From a virus: DNA of 38,624 nucleotides. The stretch lies in the IMG/VR virus record IMGVR_UViG_3300027513_000007; one strand, 5' to 3'. Position numbers and translations under genes: made by a program. A model generated the notes under the pieces. It saw only the letters and a program-made list of their open reading frames with translations, ran no database searches and was not told the origin of the DNA. Below are positions 17,991-26,538 of this stretch, piece by piece (the first letter of the stretch is position 1; the number at the start of each line of letters is the position of its first letter).

Positions 17991-20609
17991 ATGAATAACG
18001 ATATCATTGAATATAGCATACCATCTTTTAAAGAACTTTCTAAAAAGTGGGAAGCGCCAAGAATCAGGATTAAAAAGCTACTTCCTGATCTGACTATTTA
18101 TCCATCACGATGGACCTATTTAGTCTCAAACGAGAAACGACCGCACACAATTACGTTAGAAGAGTTCAGGAAGAAGAAACTCAAAGCCGGAGATAAAGTT
18201 TATTTTGAGCGTGGACAGATTTACAATTGGGCTGAATACGATGTAATTACAGACGATAACACATTCGGTTCGTTTGGCTCTGGCGCTGATCCTATATTTT
18301 ACGGATCTGATTCATACATCGCAGCAACATGGACATCTGAAACCGGAGGATATTATTCGACCCCGCTTGCTACTGCTCCATTATGGGTTGCAATTAACGG
18401 TGAATGCGCAAGGCAAGGGGAGACGGATTGGATTCCGACAATTACGAATTCAACTTCGAATACTATTGCCGGTGCTCCGGCAACATTGAATGCTTTTAAT
18501 TCTGTGATGTTGTTGGCTAATAATACCAAGCTAAGGATGAAAGAGTTTTTTTTCAGACTTTCTTATGAGCATTTAGTTACGGGATATAACACAGGGACCG
18601 GTTTAATGAATATTGGAGCCGGTGGTGTTGTGGGAGGTGTGCAGGGAATGCCTTTTAAACTATACGGGCAAAAGCAATTTGCAACCTTGGAGGGTGATTG
18701 GTGGTATGATGATCCAAATAATAAACTGTGGATTAAAACGGTAGCAACTCCATCGGGAACAGACATTCGGGTAATAACAGAAAATTATGCTTTTAAAGTT
18801 AACGGGGCAAGTAACGCAACCTTTGAAAATATAGACTTCACACAGTATTATAACACAGCGATCGACGCACCGGATGCGCCAAACATCACAGTTAATAACG
18901 TAGATGTACACGACAACCGTACAAACGCGTTCATGTTCTACGGTAATAATACAACGTTTACGTTATCAAATTTTGCACTTGAGCGAATAGGACTTAATGC
19001 AATTCACATCGGGGCTGTTTCTGGTGGTTCAATAACTGACGGTACAATTGAACATACGGGCAAACAGGATAATATAGGATGGCCTCATGATACCTATTGG
19101 ATTAAAACTGGTGGTGTCCCTATCTGTTGTTTCTGGGATTCCGGGGAGTCTGTAACGCAACCTGATAACGTAGATATTGACTCTGTTGTAATGTCCAATG
19201 CAGGATATATAGGAGTACTTTTTATTGGGGATAACCACAGTGCAACAGAATGTATAGTCCATGACTTTTGTGAAAAGTGGAACGATGGCGGGGGATTCTA
19301 CACAATTCACAGAAACACGTTAGGCACATCAACTAAGAATATAACATTTACGAGATGTCATGCTTATAATGGCATTGGCTCTATAGAGGGCATAACACCT
19401 GATGCGCTACTATTTAGCCATGCAGAAGGTTTTTATATTGACAACGGTAGTGAGTTAGTAACTATAGACGAGTGTGTAGCTTATAACAATTCGGAATTTG
19501 GAATACTGTGCAACTGGGATACTCAGAAAACGACTATTACAGACTGTATTGTTTATGGCAATTTAAATTCAGGGGTGTGCTTCAGAGAGGATACAGCTGG
19601 GGGGTCTTCTCCCGTATTTCCAAATAATGATGGCAATATATTCACAGGTAATATTATTACTGCGTCTGATTTAAATTACTGCGTTGAAATCATTAGCTTC
19701 AATGGTAGCACTACTTATAACCCTTTCTCTGATTCTGGTGATTCGGATAATAATAAATATGTAAGACCGTACGGAAGCTCTGTAAATGCTTCACGGTCTA
19801 CCCAGCTAGGAACCCAAACGCCGTATGCCATTGCAGCATGGCGTACCCGTATTGCTGATGACGCGTCTAGTACGGAGCGTTATGAGTCAACCTATAGGTA
19901 TAAAAATCCTCTTAAAACCAGGGCTGAGGAAGTCAGGATAGCAACCAATGAAACATCCTCTACGACAACATTCAACGGTACAGGTTACCACAGCATAACA
20001 GGATCAGCACTTGGAAGCAGTGAAAATATTGCAGCGTTTAGTGCTGTTGTTTATTTGGTTGATACGTGGCCGGTTCCAGATTATTTATTCGATGATTTTG
20101 TAGCTGCAAACGGAACAGCTATCGCAGGACGTACCCCGCCAGTAGGGCCTATCCCCGTAATTGACGCGGGAACACATACGATACAATCTCAAGAAATGGT
20201 GTCCAGTGTTGGTGGGGTTGTTAATTGGGATATAGCTCAATCAAATTTCGATTTTACTGTAAGAACAAGGTGTACAACTACACTAGCGGGGTCTGGTAGT
20301 GGACTTGGAACATATTTCAGGCGTGTGAATGATAACAACAGAATGGTTATCAGTTTTTCGACTACATCGATAACGTTATATGAGTTTAATAACAGTGCAT
20401 CTGTTACAAATACCTGGGTAGTTTCCCGGACGTTTGGTAACAATGACACTTATTTCATTTCGGTTCGTGCAAACGGTACGAGCGTTAAAATATGGGTAAA
20501 TAATATTTTACAGATTGACATCACAACATCTTACACGACAGCTGGGAAGGTCGGTATATTAGGCGCGACAGGTAGGGCTACGGATTATGTTTTAGCAGAA
20601 TCATTATGA
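17991..20609 (+). CDS. Tailspike/fibre with right-handed beta-helix (depolymerase-like) and C-terminal lectin/LamG-like domain, 872 aa
   Basis: The cap motif is KAGDKVYFERGQIY...FGSFGSGADPIFYG. Repeated N-x-[TS]-[IFV] rungs are present (ITVNNVDVHDN, ITFTRCHAYN, ITDCIVYGN). The C-terminal 180 aa are a beta-sandwich-like domain. Confidence 0.7.
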   Translation: MNNDIIEYSIPSFKELSKKWEAPRIRIKKLLPDLTIYPSRWTYLVSNEKRPHTITLEEFRKKKLKAGDKVYFERGQIYNWAEYDVITDDNTFGSFGSGADPIFYGSDSYIAATWTSETGGYYSTPLATAPLWVAINGECARQGETDWIPTITNSTSNTIAGAPATLNAFNSVMLLANNTKLRMKEFFFRLSYEHLVTGYNTGTGLMNIGAGGVVGGVQGMPFKLYGQKQFATLEGDWWYDDPNNKLWIKTVATPSGTDIRVITENYAFKVNGASNATFENIDFTQYYNTAIDAPDAPNITVNNVDVHDNRTNAFMFYGNNTTFTLSNFALERIGLNAIHIGAVSGGSITDGTIEHTGKQDNIGWPHDTYWIKTGGVPICCFWDSGESVTQPDNVDIDSVVMSNAGYIGVLFIGDNHSATECIVHDFCEKWNDGGGFYTIHRNTLGTSTKNITFTRCHAYNGIGSIEGITPDALLFSHAEGFYIDNGSELVTIDECVAYNNSEFGILCNWDTQKTTITDCIVYGNLNSGVCFREDTAGGSSPVFPNNDGNIFTGNIITASDLNYCVEIISFNGSTTYNPFSDSGDSDNNKYVRPYGSSVNASRSTQLGTQTPYAIAAWRTRIADDASSTERYESTYRYKNPLKTRAEEVRIATNETSSTTTFNGTGYHSITGSALGSSENIAAFSAVVYLVDTWPVPDYLFDDFVAANGTAIAGRTPPVGPIPVIDAGTHTIQSQEMVSSVGGVVNWDIAQSNFDFTVRTRCTTTLAGSGSGLGTYFRRVNDNNRMVISFSTTSITLYEFNNSASVTNTWVVSRTFGNNDTYFISVRANGTSVKIWVNNILQIDITTSYTTAGKVGILGATGRATDYVLAESL

Positions 20610-22504
20610 GGTGGATAGTTAAAAAGATAATGAGATTGATTTATAAAATATATAGAGGATGGCATACACCAAAATATTATATAAAAATACTTCTATTTAT
20701 TTTGTTATCGTTGCCATGCATAGCACAGGACTCACTACACATCGAAGAGCTTGGGGTATACGTGAAGACCACTGAAACGCCTCCACCGATCCCAGTGGAT
20801 TCTTTCCTGACCATTGATAATGCAACCAAAGGTATTCAAGGATATCAGCACAACTACACAGGTAACTGGAGTGAAGGAACAAGCGCCAACTGGTATGCTA
20901 CCACGCTTACCTATACCGCCAATGGCGCTGTGACCTTCCGTTTCAATGGAACAAAGATCGAGTGGTACACCGAGAAAGGACCGACTCATGGTAAAGCGGC
21001 GGTTTCAATTGACGGAGGATCAGAAACTATCATCGACCTGTATGCCGCCGCATTTGCTCAGAAAGTGAAAGTGTTTGAGCGTGTTACCACGCAGGATATT
21101 CACACCATAAAATTACGCTCTACCGGCACGAAGAATCCAGCGAGTAGCAACACGTACTTGCTAACGGACTTCTTCAAAATCAAAGACCCGGGGTTCGTCC
21201 CTGATACTGTCCCCCCCATTCCTCCGCCAGTCACCGGAGATATTATTGTATCGCCCGGACAAAGTATCAAGGCTGCTGTAGAATCAGCGACATCCGGCAA
21301 AGTCGTAAGTCTGCTGGAAGGAACCTACAACGAGAATCTGATAAACGTTCCTGTCGGAGTATCAATTGTTGGCGCTGGTAAACTGAAGACTATTATCAAC
21401 TTCACCGGAAGTATGCCACAACAATCCGAAACAGCGATGTTTCAACTTAAAGGAGGATCACTGGTACGTATTATGCCGATGACTATGGGTGTTACTGGCA
21501 TCATGCTACTGGTTCTATTATGGTTGATAGCCAACTACGGACCGTGGACATCGCGGGTCAAATTAATAGTAACAGCAGTTATCGTAGTCATCATAATCGG
21601 AATTATTATCTACATCCTGAGTCCTCAACCTTCACAACACGCCGCAGGGAATCAAACCATATCCGGCTTCACCATCAATGGTAAGTTCCAGTGTAACGGT
21701 GGGATCATGGTAGATGGTCGCGACAACGTCAAGATTCTGGACGTCAAAGTTCAGGAGACAACCTATTTCGGTGTATGGCTGAAGAACACCGCCAACAGTG
21801 AGTTTGCCAATAGTGACCTGTTCAACTCTAGTTGGGCTTCTGTTGGATGGGTCACGGGCGAACTCTGTGTACACAACATCACTAACACTATGATCCACCA
21901 TAACTTCTTTAAGACTACACGCAATGATAAAGGATATGGCATTAAAGGTCTTTGGCCGGATGGAACGGTAACTAATTCAAAGTTCTATAATAACAAGTTT
22001 GAGCTAACGCACTTTAGTTTATGGAACAATGGGTCAGCGCCAAACATCGACATCGAATTACACAATACTTTCTATAACGGTATTGAAATCTACGAGAATG
22101 ACTTTTCAGTGATGGGCTTATCATTAGCATCGCATAGACCAACTAAAGGCGGCAGGACCATTGTACGCAACAATCGTTTTGTATGGTGTTCAACCGCTCA
22201 CATTGAACTGGTCTGCTCAAACATAACCATTGGCCCGGGTAACGTGTTCTCAGGCGCGCCGATGCTGACAGCGAATTTTCAGCCTAATGGAAAGTGGACG
22301 GACATTATCGTAACCGGTAACACCTTCACCAGCAACGGCGCTAATCCAAGCTGGGGAGGAACGCATTTAATAGGGGCGAATGGGATGGACATGACCATTA
22401 CTAACAACGTCTACAATAATTTGGGGGGGTATACCTTTGTCAAGCACATGGGAGCGCCTGCGAATAGTGTGGTAGTGGACACAGGAAACACCAAGAACCA
22501 ATGA
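20606..22504 (+). CDS. Signal-peptide protein with a CBM-like domain and a beta-helix interrupted by a two-TM hairpin, 632 aa
   Basis: The N-terminal segment KILLFILLSLPCIAQ looks like a signal peptide. The CBM-like domain carries HGKAAVSIDGGS...TGTKNPASS. The cap is IIVSPGQSIKAAVESATSGKVVSLLEGTY. Beta-helix rungs lie downstream, and a hydrophobic insert occupies 21461-21646. Confidence 0.65.
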   Translation: MRWIVKKIMRLIYKIYRGWHTPKYYIKILLFILLSLPCIAQDSLHIEELGVYVKTTETPPPIPVDSFLTIDNATKGIQGYQHNYTGNWSEGTSANWYATTLTYTANGAVTFRFNGTKIEWYTEKGPTHGKAAVSIDGGSETIIDLYAAAFAQKVKVFERVTTQDIHTIKLRSTGTKNPASSNTYLLTDFFKIKDPGFVPDTVPPIPPPVTGDIIVSPGQSIKAAVESATSGKVVSLLEGTYNENLINVPVGVSIVGAGKLKTIINFTGSMPQQSETAMFQLKGGSLVRIMPMTMGVTGIMLLVLLWLIANYGPWTSRVKLIVTAVIVVIIIGIIIYILSPQPSQHAAGNQTISGFTINGKFQCNGGIMVDGRDNVKILDVKVQETTYFGVWLKNTANSEFANSDLFNSSWASVGWVTGELCVHNITNTMIHHNFFKTTRNDKGYGIKGLWPDGTVTNSKFYNNKFELTHFSLWNNGSAPNIDIELHNTFYNGIEIYENDFSVMGLSLASHRPTKGGRTIVRNNRFVWCSTAHIELVCSNITIGPGNVFSGAPMLTANFQPNGKWTDIIVTGNTFTSNGANPSWGGTHLIGANGMDMTITNNVYNNLGGYTFVKHMGAPANSVVVDTGNTKNQ

Positions 22505-23202
22505 AAACACTTCTATTACTTTTCGGAGTTCTTGTCGGACTGCCAGCTTTGGCTCAGACATACAAGATTGGCGAAATCACCAAATTATGGACGCCAAAGC
22601 ACATTCAGGTAACTGATGGCTTAACATTCAAGTATAAACTTTATAACGGCTTGGATACGGCCTATCGGTATACCATTGGTGCTAATTCTGATACATTCGA
22701 CGTGACAATCACCTTTAAGCAACGATTGCCACCAGCTAAGCCTGACGTTGTTACTATAATCGACGACTACCCAACAGCCCCAGCACAAACTTATCTCCCA
22801 GCCACACGCCTAGCTGATAACGTCTACAGCACAAACGCATGGGCGCACATGAAAGGTCAAACGTGGAACGCGCTTCACTATGAAAACACCGTATCGTTTG
22901 TGGAAGGGATACCGGTAGGTGCTTACGTTGAATTGACTTGCACTTGCTATAAGGTTGAATGGTGGGGGGAAAGACGAAACAATCATGGAATAGTTTCAAT
23001 TACCACAGACGGCGGATCGATAGCGAACGTGGATACATACGGAACTAATTCAGACAACCCTTCAACATTGCTGTGGCAAAGTGCATCAGCACCAGTTAAT
23101 GGTACGCATAAATTCCGAGTAACTTATACAGGAACAAAAAATCCGGCGTCAACTTCATTTAGCATTGTTCACGACAAATGGGTTATTTACACTAAGCAAT
23201 AA
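22501..23202 (+). CDS. Secreted CBM-like protein, paralogous to the domain in 20606, 233 aa
   Basis: Signal peptide MKTLLLLFGVLVGLPALAQ. It shares the KVEWW..HG.VS.DGGS..VD.Y...TGTKNPAS pattern with the preceding gene. Confidence 0.6.
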   Translation: MKTLLLLFGVLVGLPALAQTYKIGEITKLWTPKHIQVTDGLTFKYKLYNGLDTAYRYTIGANSDTFDVTITFKQRLPPAKPDVVTIIDDYPTAPAQTYLPATRLADNVYSTNAWAHMKGQTWNALHYENTVSFVEGIPVGAYVELTCTCYKVEWWGERRNNHGIVSITTDGGSIANVDTYGTNSDNPSTLLWQSASAPVNGTHKFRVTYTGTKNPASTSFSIVHDKWVIYTKQ

Positions 23203-23408
23203 TGAGACCTATAGGATATTACCATATTAAGATCCAACAATGGAAAGATAGAGATACACGCATAGATGACAAATGGTCTATTGGTTATTGGGATGGAAAG
23301 TGTTTTGAAGAGTTCAACGAAATGTACTATGAAAATGAATTAGTTGAGATAGACGAAAGAAGAATAGTAAGAGAGGAAACAATAACCATTTACACTAAGC
23401 TGCTATGA
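23202..23408 (+). CDS. Hypothetical protein, 68 aa, no TM segment
   Basis: TAATG junction with the upstream gene. Confidence 0.5.
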   Translation: MRPIGYYHIKIQQWKDRDTRIDDKWSIGYWDGKCFEEFNEMYYENELVEIDERRIVREETITIYTKLL

Positions 23409-23617
23409 TGGAGTGGAAGAGAGAGGAACGAGCACCAGCATGGAACACATGGCCTTCAGCACACAACGCGGAAGGATGGAAGCAAAGAAAACAAGATGTA
23501 CTAGACTACTACATAAACCTTGTAATCAGATTTAAACGGCGTGAACGTTGGCAACTGTTGAAGGCTGATTTAAGCGCAAAAGAGAAACTACATGAAGTTC
23601 CTGTTAGTCAAAGATAG
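23405..23617 (+). CDS. Hypothetical basic protein, 70 aa, no TM segment
   Basis: ATGA-coupled ORF. Confidence 0.5.
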   Translation: MMEWKREERAPAWNTWPSAHNAEGWKQRKQDVLDYYINLVIRFKRRERWQLLKADLSAKEKLHEVPVSQR

Positions 23618-24152
23618 CGTTGTGTTAACCGAACATATTACCCCGGTAATTGAACGGCTGGACCCTTTTTTTAAGGCGGCCAATTTAACGGCCTACGTGA
23701 CCTCAGGGCTACGCAGACCAGAGGACCAGTTACGTATCATCCGAAATGAATTAAACCGCCGGGGGCTATCTGGAGACTTCCAGCAGGGCTTTGACGACAT
23801 CGGCGACAGGATTCAGTATGAAGGACAGGAAGTATACGCATGGCAGCCGGCGTGGAGTAAGTTACTTTCTGTTGGTTTTGTTGTTAACCCTCCATATCCG
23901 GCTGTCGCTTTAATGGACTATTTCAGACCTGGGAGTCAGGAGAACCGAAAGGGAAAGATGATAGGGGACAGCCCCCATATCAGGGGGACAGCTTTCGATA
24001 TTGGGGGAGGCAAAGACGGGATTACCAATGAAGCCCAGGTAATAGAAAAGGCTATGGGGAAGGTGAAAGGGCTGAAAGGGTATTTGATTGAAAGAAATAA
24101 TAATGCGATCCATGTAGACTGTCAGCCGATTGACATGGAAGACTTCAAATGA
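23592..24152 (+). CDS. Endolysin, zinc peptidase M15 family (VanY / L-Ala-D-Glu peptidase type), 186 aa
   Basis: Motifs TSGLRRPEDQ, SPHIRGTAFDIGG and NNAIHVD give the H-D-H zinc-ligand arrangement of the M15 family. Confidence 0.8.
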   Translation: MKFLLVKDSVVLTEHITPVIERLDPFFKAANLTAYVTSGLRRPEDQLRIIRNELNRRGLSGDFQQGFDDIGDRIQYEGQEVYAWQPAWSKLLSVGFVVNPPYPAVALMDYFRPGSQENRKGKMIGDSPHIRGTAFDIGGGKDGITNEAQVIEKAMGKVKGLKGYLIERNNNAIHVDCQPIDMEDFK

Positions 24153-24385
24153 AAGTGCTTGTTATACTGCTGTTGATGTCCTGTTCAACGATGCGACAAC
24201 GGACGGTGGTGGTCTCAGTATATGATTATCCTATGCAGTTAGATTCAGTGAAGATCCCTGCGGATTCGGTGGTACACTACCGTCAGGAAATACGAAAGCA
24301 GGAGAACAAAAAGAACTTCTGGAAGGGTGCTACCATTACTCTATTCTTGTTCATCCTGCTGGAGATATTTGTTAATACGAACTAA
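24149..24385 (+). CDS. Unimolecular spanin-like protein (N-terminal lipobox plus C-terminal TM helix), 78 aa
   Basis: ATGA overlap with the endolysin stop. The lipobox is LLLMSC and the C-terminal TM helix is GATITLFLFILLEIFV. This is the architecture of T1 gp11-type u-spanins. Confidence 0.6.
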   Translation: MKVLVILLLMSCSTMRQRTVVVSVYDYPMQLDSVKIPADSVVHYRQEIRKQENKKNFWKGATITLFLFILLEIFVNTN

Positions 24386-24642
24386 TTTTCGTCACGTTTG
24401 AATTTATCCTGACCACCGAATTTATAGATCCCCCCGTCTGTCCATTCAAGTTTGGTATCGTAGATTGACTTTTCTACGTTGAATGTAACACCTAACCAGA
24501 AAGCGGAGTTTTCAGTTGTGCCAGACACATAGGCGTGAAGTATTTCTGGTTCGTCTGTTTCGTGAAACTGTACTTCGTGGCTATGAAGAATGCAAGCCTT
24601 TTGTAGCGCATCCTTATCTCTTTTGTCAATAGTTAATTTCAT
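24382..24642 (-). CDS. Hypothetical protein, 86 aa
   Basis: Last gene of the leftward block. ATGA-coupled to the upstream micro-ORF. Confidence 0.6.
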   Translation of the reverse strand: MKLTIDKRDKDALQKACILHSHEVQFHETDEPEILHAYVSGTTENSAFWLGVTFNVEKSIYDTKLEWTDGGIYKFGGQDKFKRDEN

Positions 24643-24734
24643 AGTGATAGGGCTAAAAGGATTAAGATAAAGATAAGAGCGGCCATTGGCATGGCTAATT
24701 TTTCAGAGAGGTTTTGCTGTGGGTTATGTTTCAT
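24639..24734 (-). CDS. Micro-ORF, single TM helix, 31 aa
   Basis: Hand-translated: MKHNPQQNLSEKLAMPMAALIFILILLALSL. Its stop overlaps the downstream ATG as ATGA. Confidence 0.35.
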   Translation of the reverse strand: MKHNPQQNLSEKLAMPMAALIFILILLALSL

Positions 24735-24745
24735 AGTTTAAAAAG

Positions 24746-24937
24746 TTATCTGTGCCAGTAAGCCTGACGGTTATAATTGGTTTTTTTGATTGGTAACTGA
24801 TTGTAGGTAGGGCATCCACCACCCCAGCCTGGAGTAAAGTAGGTGTGTTTCCCTGATGCGGTGTGGCGGTCCTGCTGCCAATAGGCTCCGCTACAGGATG
24901 ACAACAGGACTAAAAGGATAAGGCTAGTCGTTCTCAT
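24746..24937 (-). CDS. Small lipoprotein, 63 aa
   Basis: Start moved to MRTTSLILLVLLSSCSG (lipobox LLSSC). The track's longer start overlaps the upstream gene extensively. Confidence 0.5.
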   Translation of the reverse strand: MRTTSLILLVLLSSCSGAYWQQDRHTASGKHTYFTPGWGGGCPTYNQLPIKKTNYNRQAYWHR

Positions 24938-25142
24938 TGTAGCGGGTGTTAAGTCTGGAAGCCATTTCATCGTAGAACTCAATTTCGTGGCATCTGTTGC
25001 GCCATTCCTCCGAACCAATCTTTACCACTCCGTCGAGGAGAAGTTGCCCCAGAGCGTCCTCAGCGTTTGATTTAAGGCGGTTGTAGTCGCGTTCCTCTTT
25101 TTTGAACTGATGGCCGTACCATCCTTCGAATTGGTTTTTCAT
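24924..25142 (-). CDS. Hypothetical protein, 72 aa
   Basis: ATGA-coupled ORF in the leftward block. Confidence 0.55.
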   Translation of the reverse strand: MKNQFEGWYGHQFKKEERDYNRLKSNAEDALGQLLLDGVVKIGSEEWRNRCHEIEFYDEMASRLNTRYNEND

Positions 25143-25324
25143 ACTATTTCACCGTTTTGTAGTTTGTCTTCGCAATGCCTGTCGAAAGCCGCTTCGTTGT
25201 CGTTGTCTTCAAGTTCGGCTATCTTCTTTCTGAGTTCATCCCAACCGCCGAACCAGTGGGCAGCTTCTTTTATTTCGTGTTCAAATTCGGCGGTAATTTT
25301 TTCAGTGTTTGTTAATGGGCTCAT
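25139..25324 (-). CDS. Hypothetical acidic protein, 61 aa
   Basis: ATGA-coupled ORF in the leftward block. Confidence 0.55.
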   Translation of the reverse strand: MSPLTNTEKITAEFEHEIKEAAHWFGGWDELRKKIAELEDNDNEAAFDRHCEDKLQNGEIV

Positions 25325-25464
25325 GACTGTAGTGTTTGAAGTGTTGCGGCAATAGCTGCCATTTCGATAAACCGTTTGGTGGACTGACCTTTGATTTCGG
25401 CTGCTTTTATAAGCTGTTTGATTTCGGATGGCGTGAACTCCACGCGCTTACTTTTCTTTGCCAT
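25321..25464 (-). CDS. Small ribbon-helix-helix-like protein, 47 aa
   Basis: The start at MAKKSKRVEFTPSEIKQLIKAAEIKGQSTKRFIEMAAI follows the usual RHH pattern of a basic beta-strand followed by two helices. The track's longer start overlaps the upstream gene. Confidence 0.45.
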   Translation of the reverse strand: MAKKSKRVEFTPSEIKQLIKAAEIKGQSTKRFIEMAAIAATLQTLQS

Positions 25465-25468
25465 TGGA

Positions 25469-25702
25469 TTAACCTTTGATAACTGGTACGCCATCAATAC
25501 GGGGCAGACAAGCAATAATATTTTCCTGGTGTTCACCCTTTACATAGCAGGCTCCAAAGCGTCTAAATGGGTGTGCTAGTGGGTTCTCTTTTACATAGTA
25601 AACGCCACCAGTAAGACGGCCTGAGATAAAGTCCGGGTCAATGGATTGAAAACGTTTCATTTTTTCAATCGCTGCGCTTGGTGTTTTTGCTTCGTGGTTC
25701 AT
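25469..25702 (-). CDS. Hypothetical protein, 77 aa
   Basis: First gene of the leftward sub-block. The MNHEAKTPS start is preferred over the upstream MYRPRIF extension. Confidence 0.5.
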   Translation of the reverse strand: MNHEAKTPSAAIEKMKRFQSIDPDFISGRLTGGVYYVKENPLAHPFRRFGACYVKGEHQENIIACLPRIDGVPVIKG

Positions 25703-25861
25703 ATCTTGTTGTAATTGATATGTAAATATACGTGGTCTGTACATATTATGTACATAAATGTAAGAAAAGAATAGAAAGGTTTGAAATTAGCCTGAATTTG
25801 CCTATTGTATTTTAAAGCCTATGTAAGGTTTAGCTAAAAAAGAAGGTTTTTTGATAGTCAT

Positions 25862-25869
25862 TAAATTTG
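25862..25869 (+). promoter_or_regulatory. Candidate Bacteroidota -7 promoter box TAAATTTG
   Basis: Exact TAnnTTTG match 14 nt upstream of ATG 25884, in a 139-bp divergent AT-rich intergenic region. Confidence 0.35.
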
Positions 25870-25883
25870 CCTAACTTCATTGC

Positions 25884-26069
25884 ATGAGCCTACTTGTAAT
25901 CATCCTGGTTATCGTCTTCGCAGGCCTGATTCTGTGGCTGGTGGAGAAATATATTCCAATGGACCCCGGACTTAAAACACTGTTACGGGTGGTGGTGATA
26001 GCTATTGTCATCTGGATATTACTTCGTGAATTAGGAGTGCTGCACTATCTTTCAACTGTTAAGATTTAG
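25884..26069 (+). CDS. Small two-TM membrane protein, 61 aa
   Basis: Two hydrophobic helices, LLVIILVIVFAGLILWLV and LLRVVVIAIVIWILL, separated by EKYIPMDPGLK. It is the only rightward gene inside the leftward early region. Confidence 0.6.
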   Translation: MSLLVIILVIVFAGLILWLVEKYIPMDPGLKTLLRVVVIAIVIWILLRELGVLHYLSTVKI

Positions 26070-26071
26070 TT

Positions 26072-26317
26072 TCATTTGGCTTCGTGTTTGGAGAGACAAA
26101 AATGAATTCTTTCTTGTGTTATCGGTAGAAGGAATAACTCTTTTTCTAATTGTTTTAGCATTGAAACGAGTTCCGCTTTGTCGGCCTGAAGTTCATCTAT
26201 CCATTTCTTCAAATGTAAATCGCTTTGCTTCAGTCGCTCATTCTCTGTCTTGAGCGCAGCGAGTTCATCCAATAGCTTTTGATTGATTTCGATATTAACG
26301 TTTTCTACTGTAGCCAT
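26072..26317 (-). CDS. Coiled-coil protein, 81 aa
   Basis: Heptad-rich sequence (LLDELAALKTENERLKQSDLHLKKWIDELQADKAELVSMLKQLEKE). Confidence 0.55.
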   Translation of the reverse strand: MATVENVNIEINQKLLDELAALKTENERLKQSDLHLKKWIDELQADKAELVSMLKQLEKELFLLPITQERIHFCLSKHEAK

Positions 26318-26325
26318 ATCTCTGT

Positions 26326-26535
26326 TTAGTTAAAGACCTTAATATATTTTGGTGCAAGTGAATATGTATGTTTGCCATGACGTACAATAGCCCGTCCGCC
26401 TTTGGTTATTCTTTCCAGAAACAATGGATACTCGTTTGCATCGTCATATAGAAATTTTCTCAGATCCCAGTTTATGGCAATGTCGCCACTGTTTAAAATC
26501 CTTACACGTTTGCCGATGTCATCTATTGAAATCAT
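26326..26535 (-). CDS. Hypothetical protein, 69 aa
   Basis: ORF in the leftward operon, tightly spaced with its neighbours. Confidence 0.55.
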   Translation of the reverse strand: MISIDDIGKRVRILNSGDIAINWDLRKFLYDDANEYPLFLERITKGGRAIVRHGKHTYSLAPKYIKVFN

Positions 26536-26538
26536 AAG

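Noticed and set aside
21449-21458. AAGGAGGA Shine-Dalgarno-like motif upstream of the in-frame ATG 21473, suggesting an internal start for a separate membrane protein
   Set aside because: No other gene in this genome has a Shine-Dalgarno sequence, and the spacing to the ATG is about 15 nt. An internal start in this frame would still read through to 22504. The observation is noted under the TM-insert finding.
25110-25579. Plus-strand ORFs 25110-25355 and 25391-25579
   Set aside because: They are antisense to a chain of ATGA-coupled leftward genes and are Ser/Phe-rich shadows.
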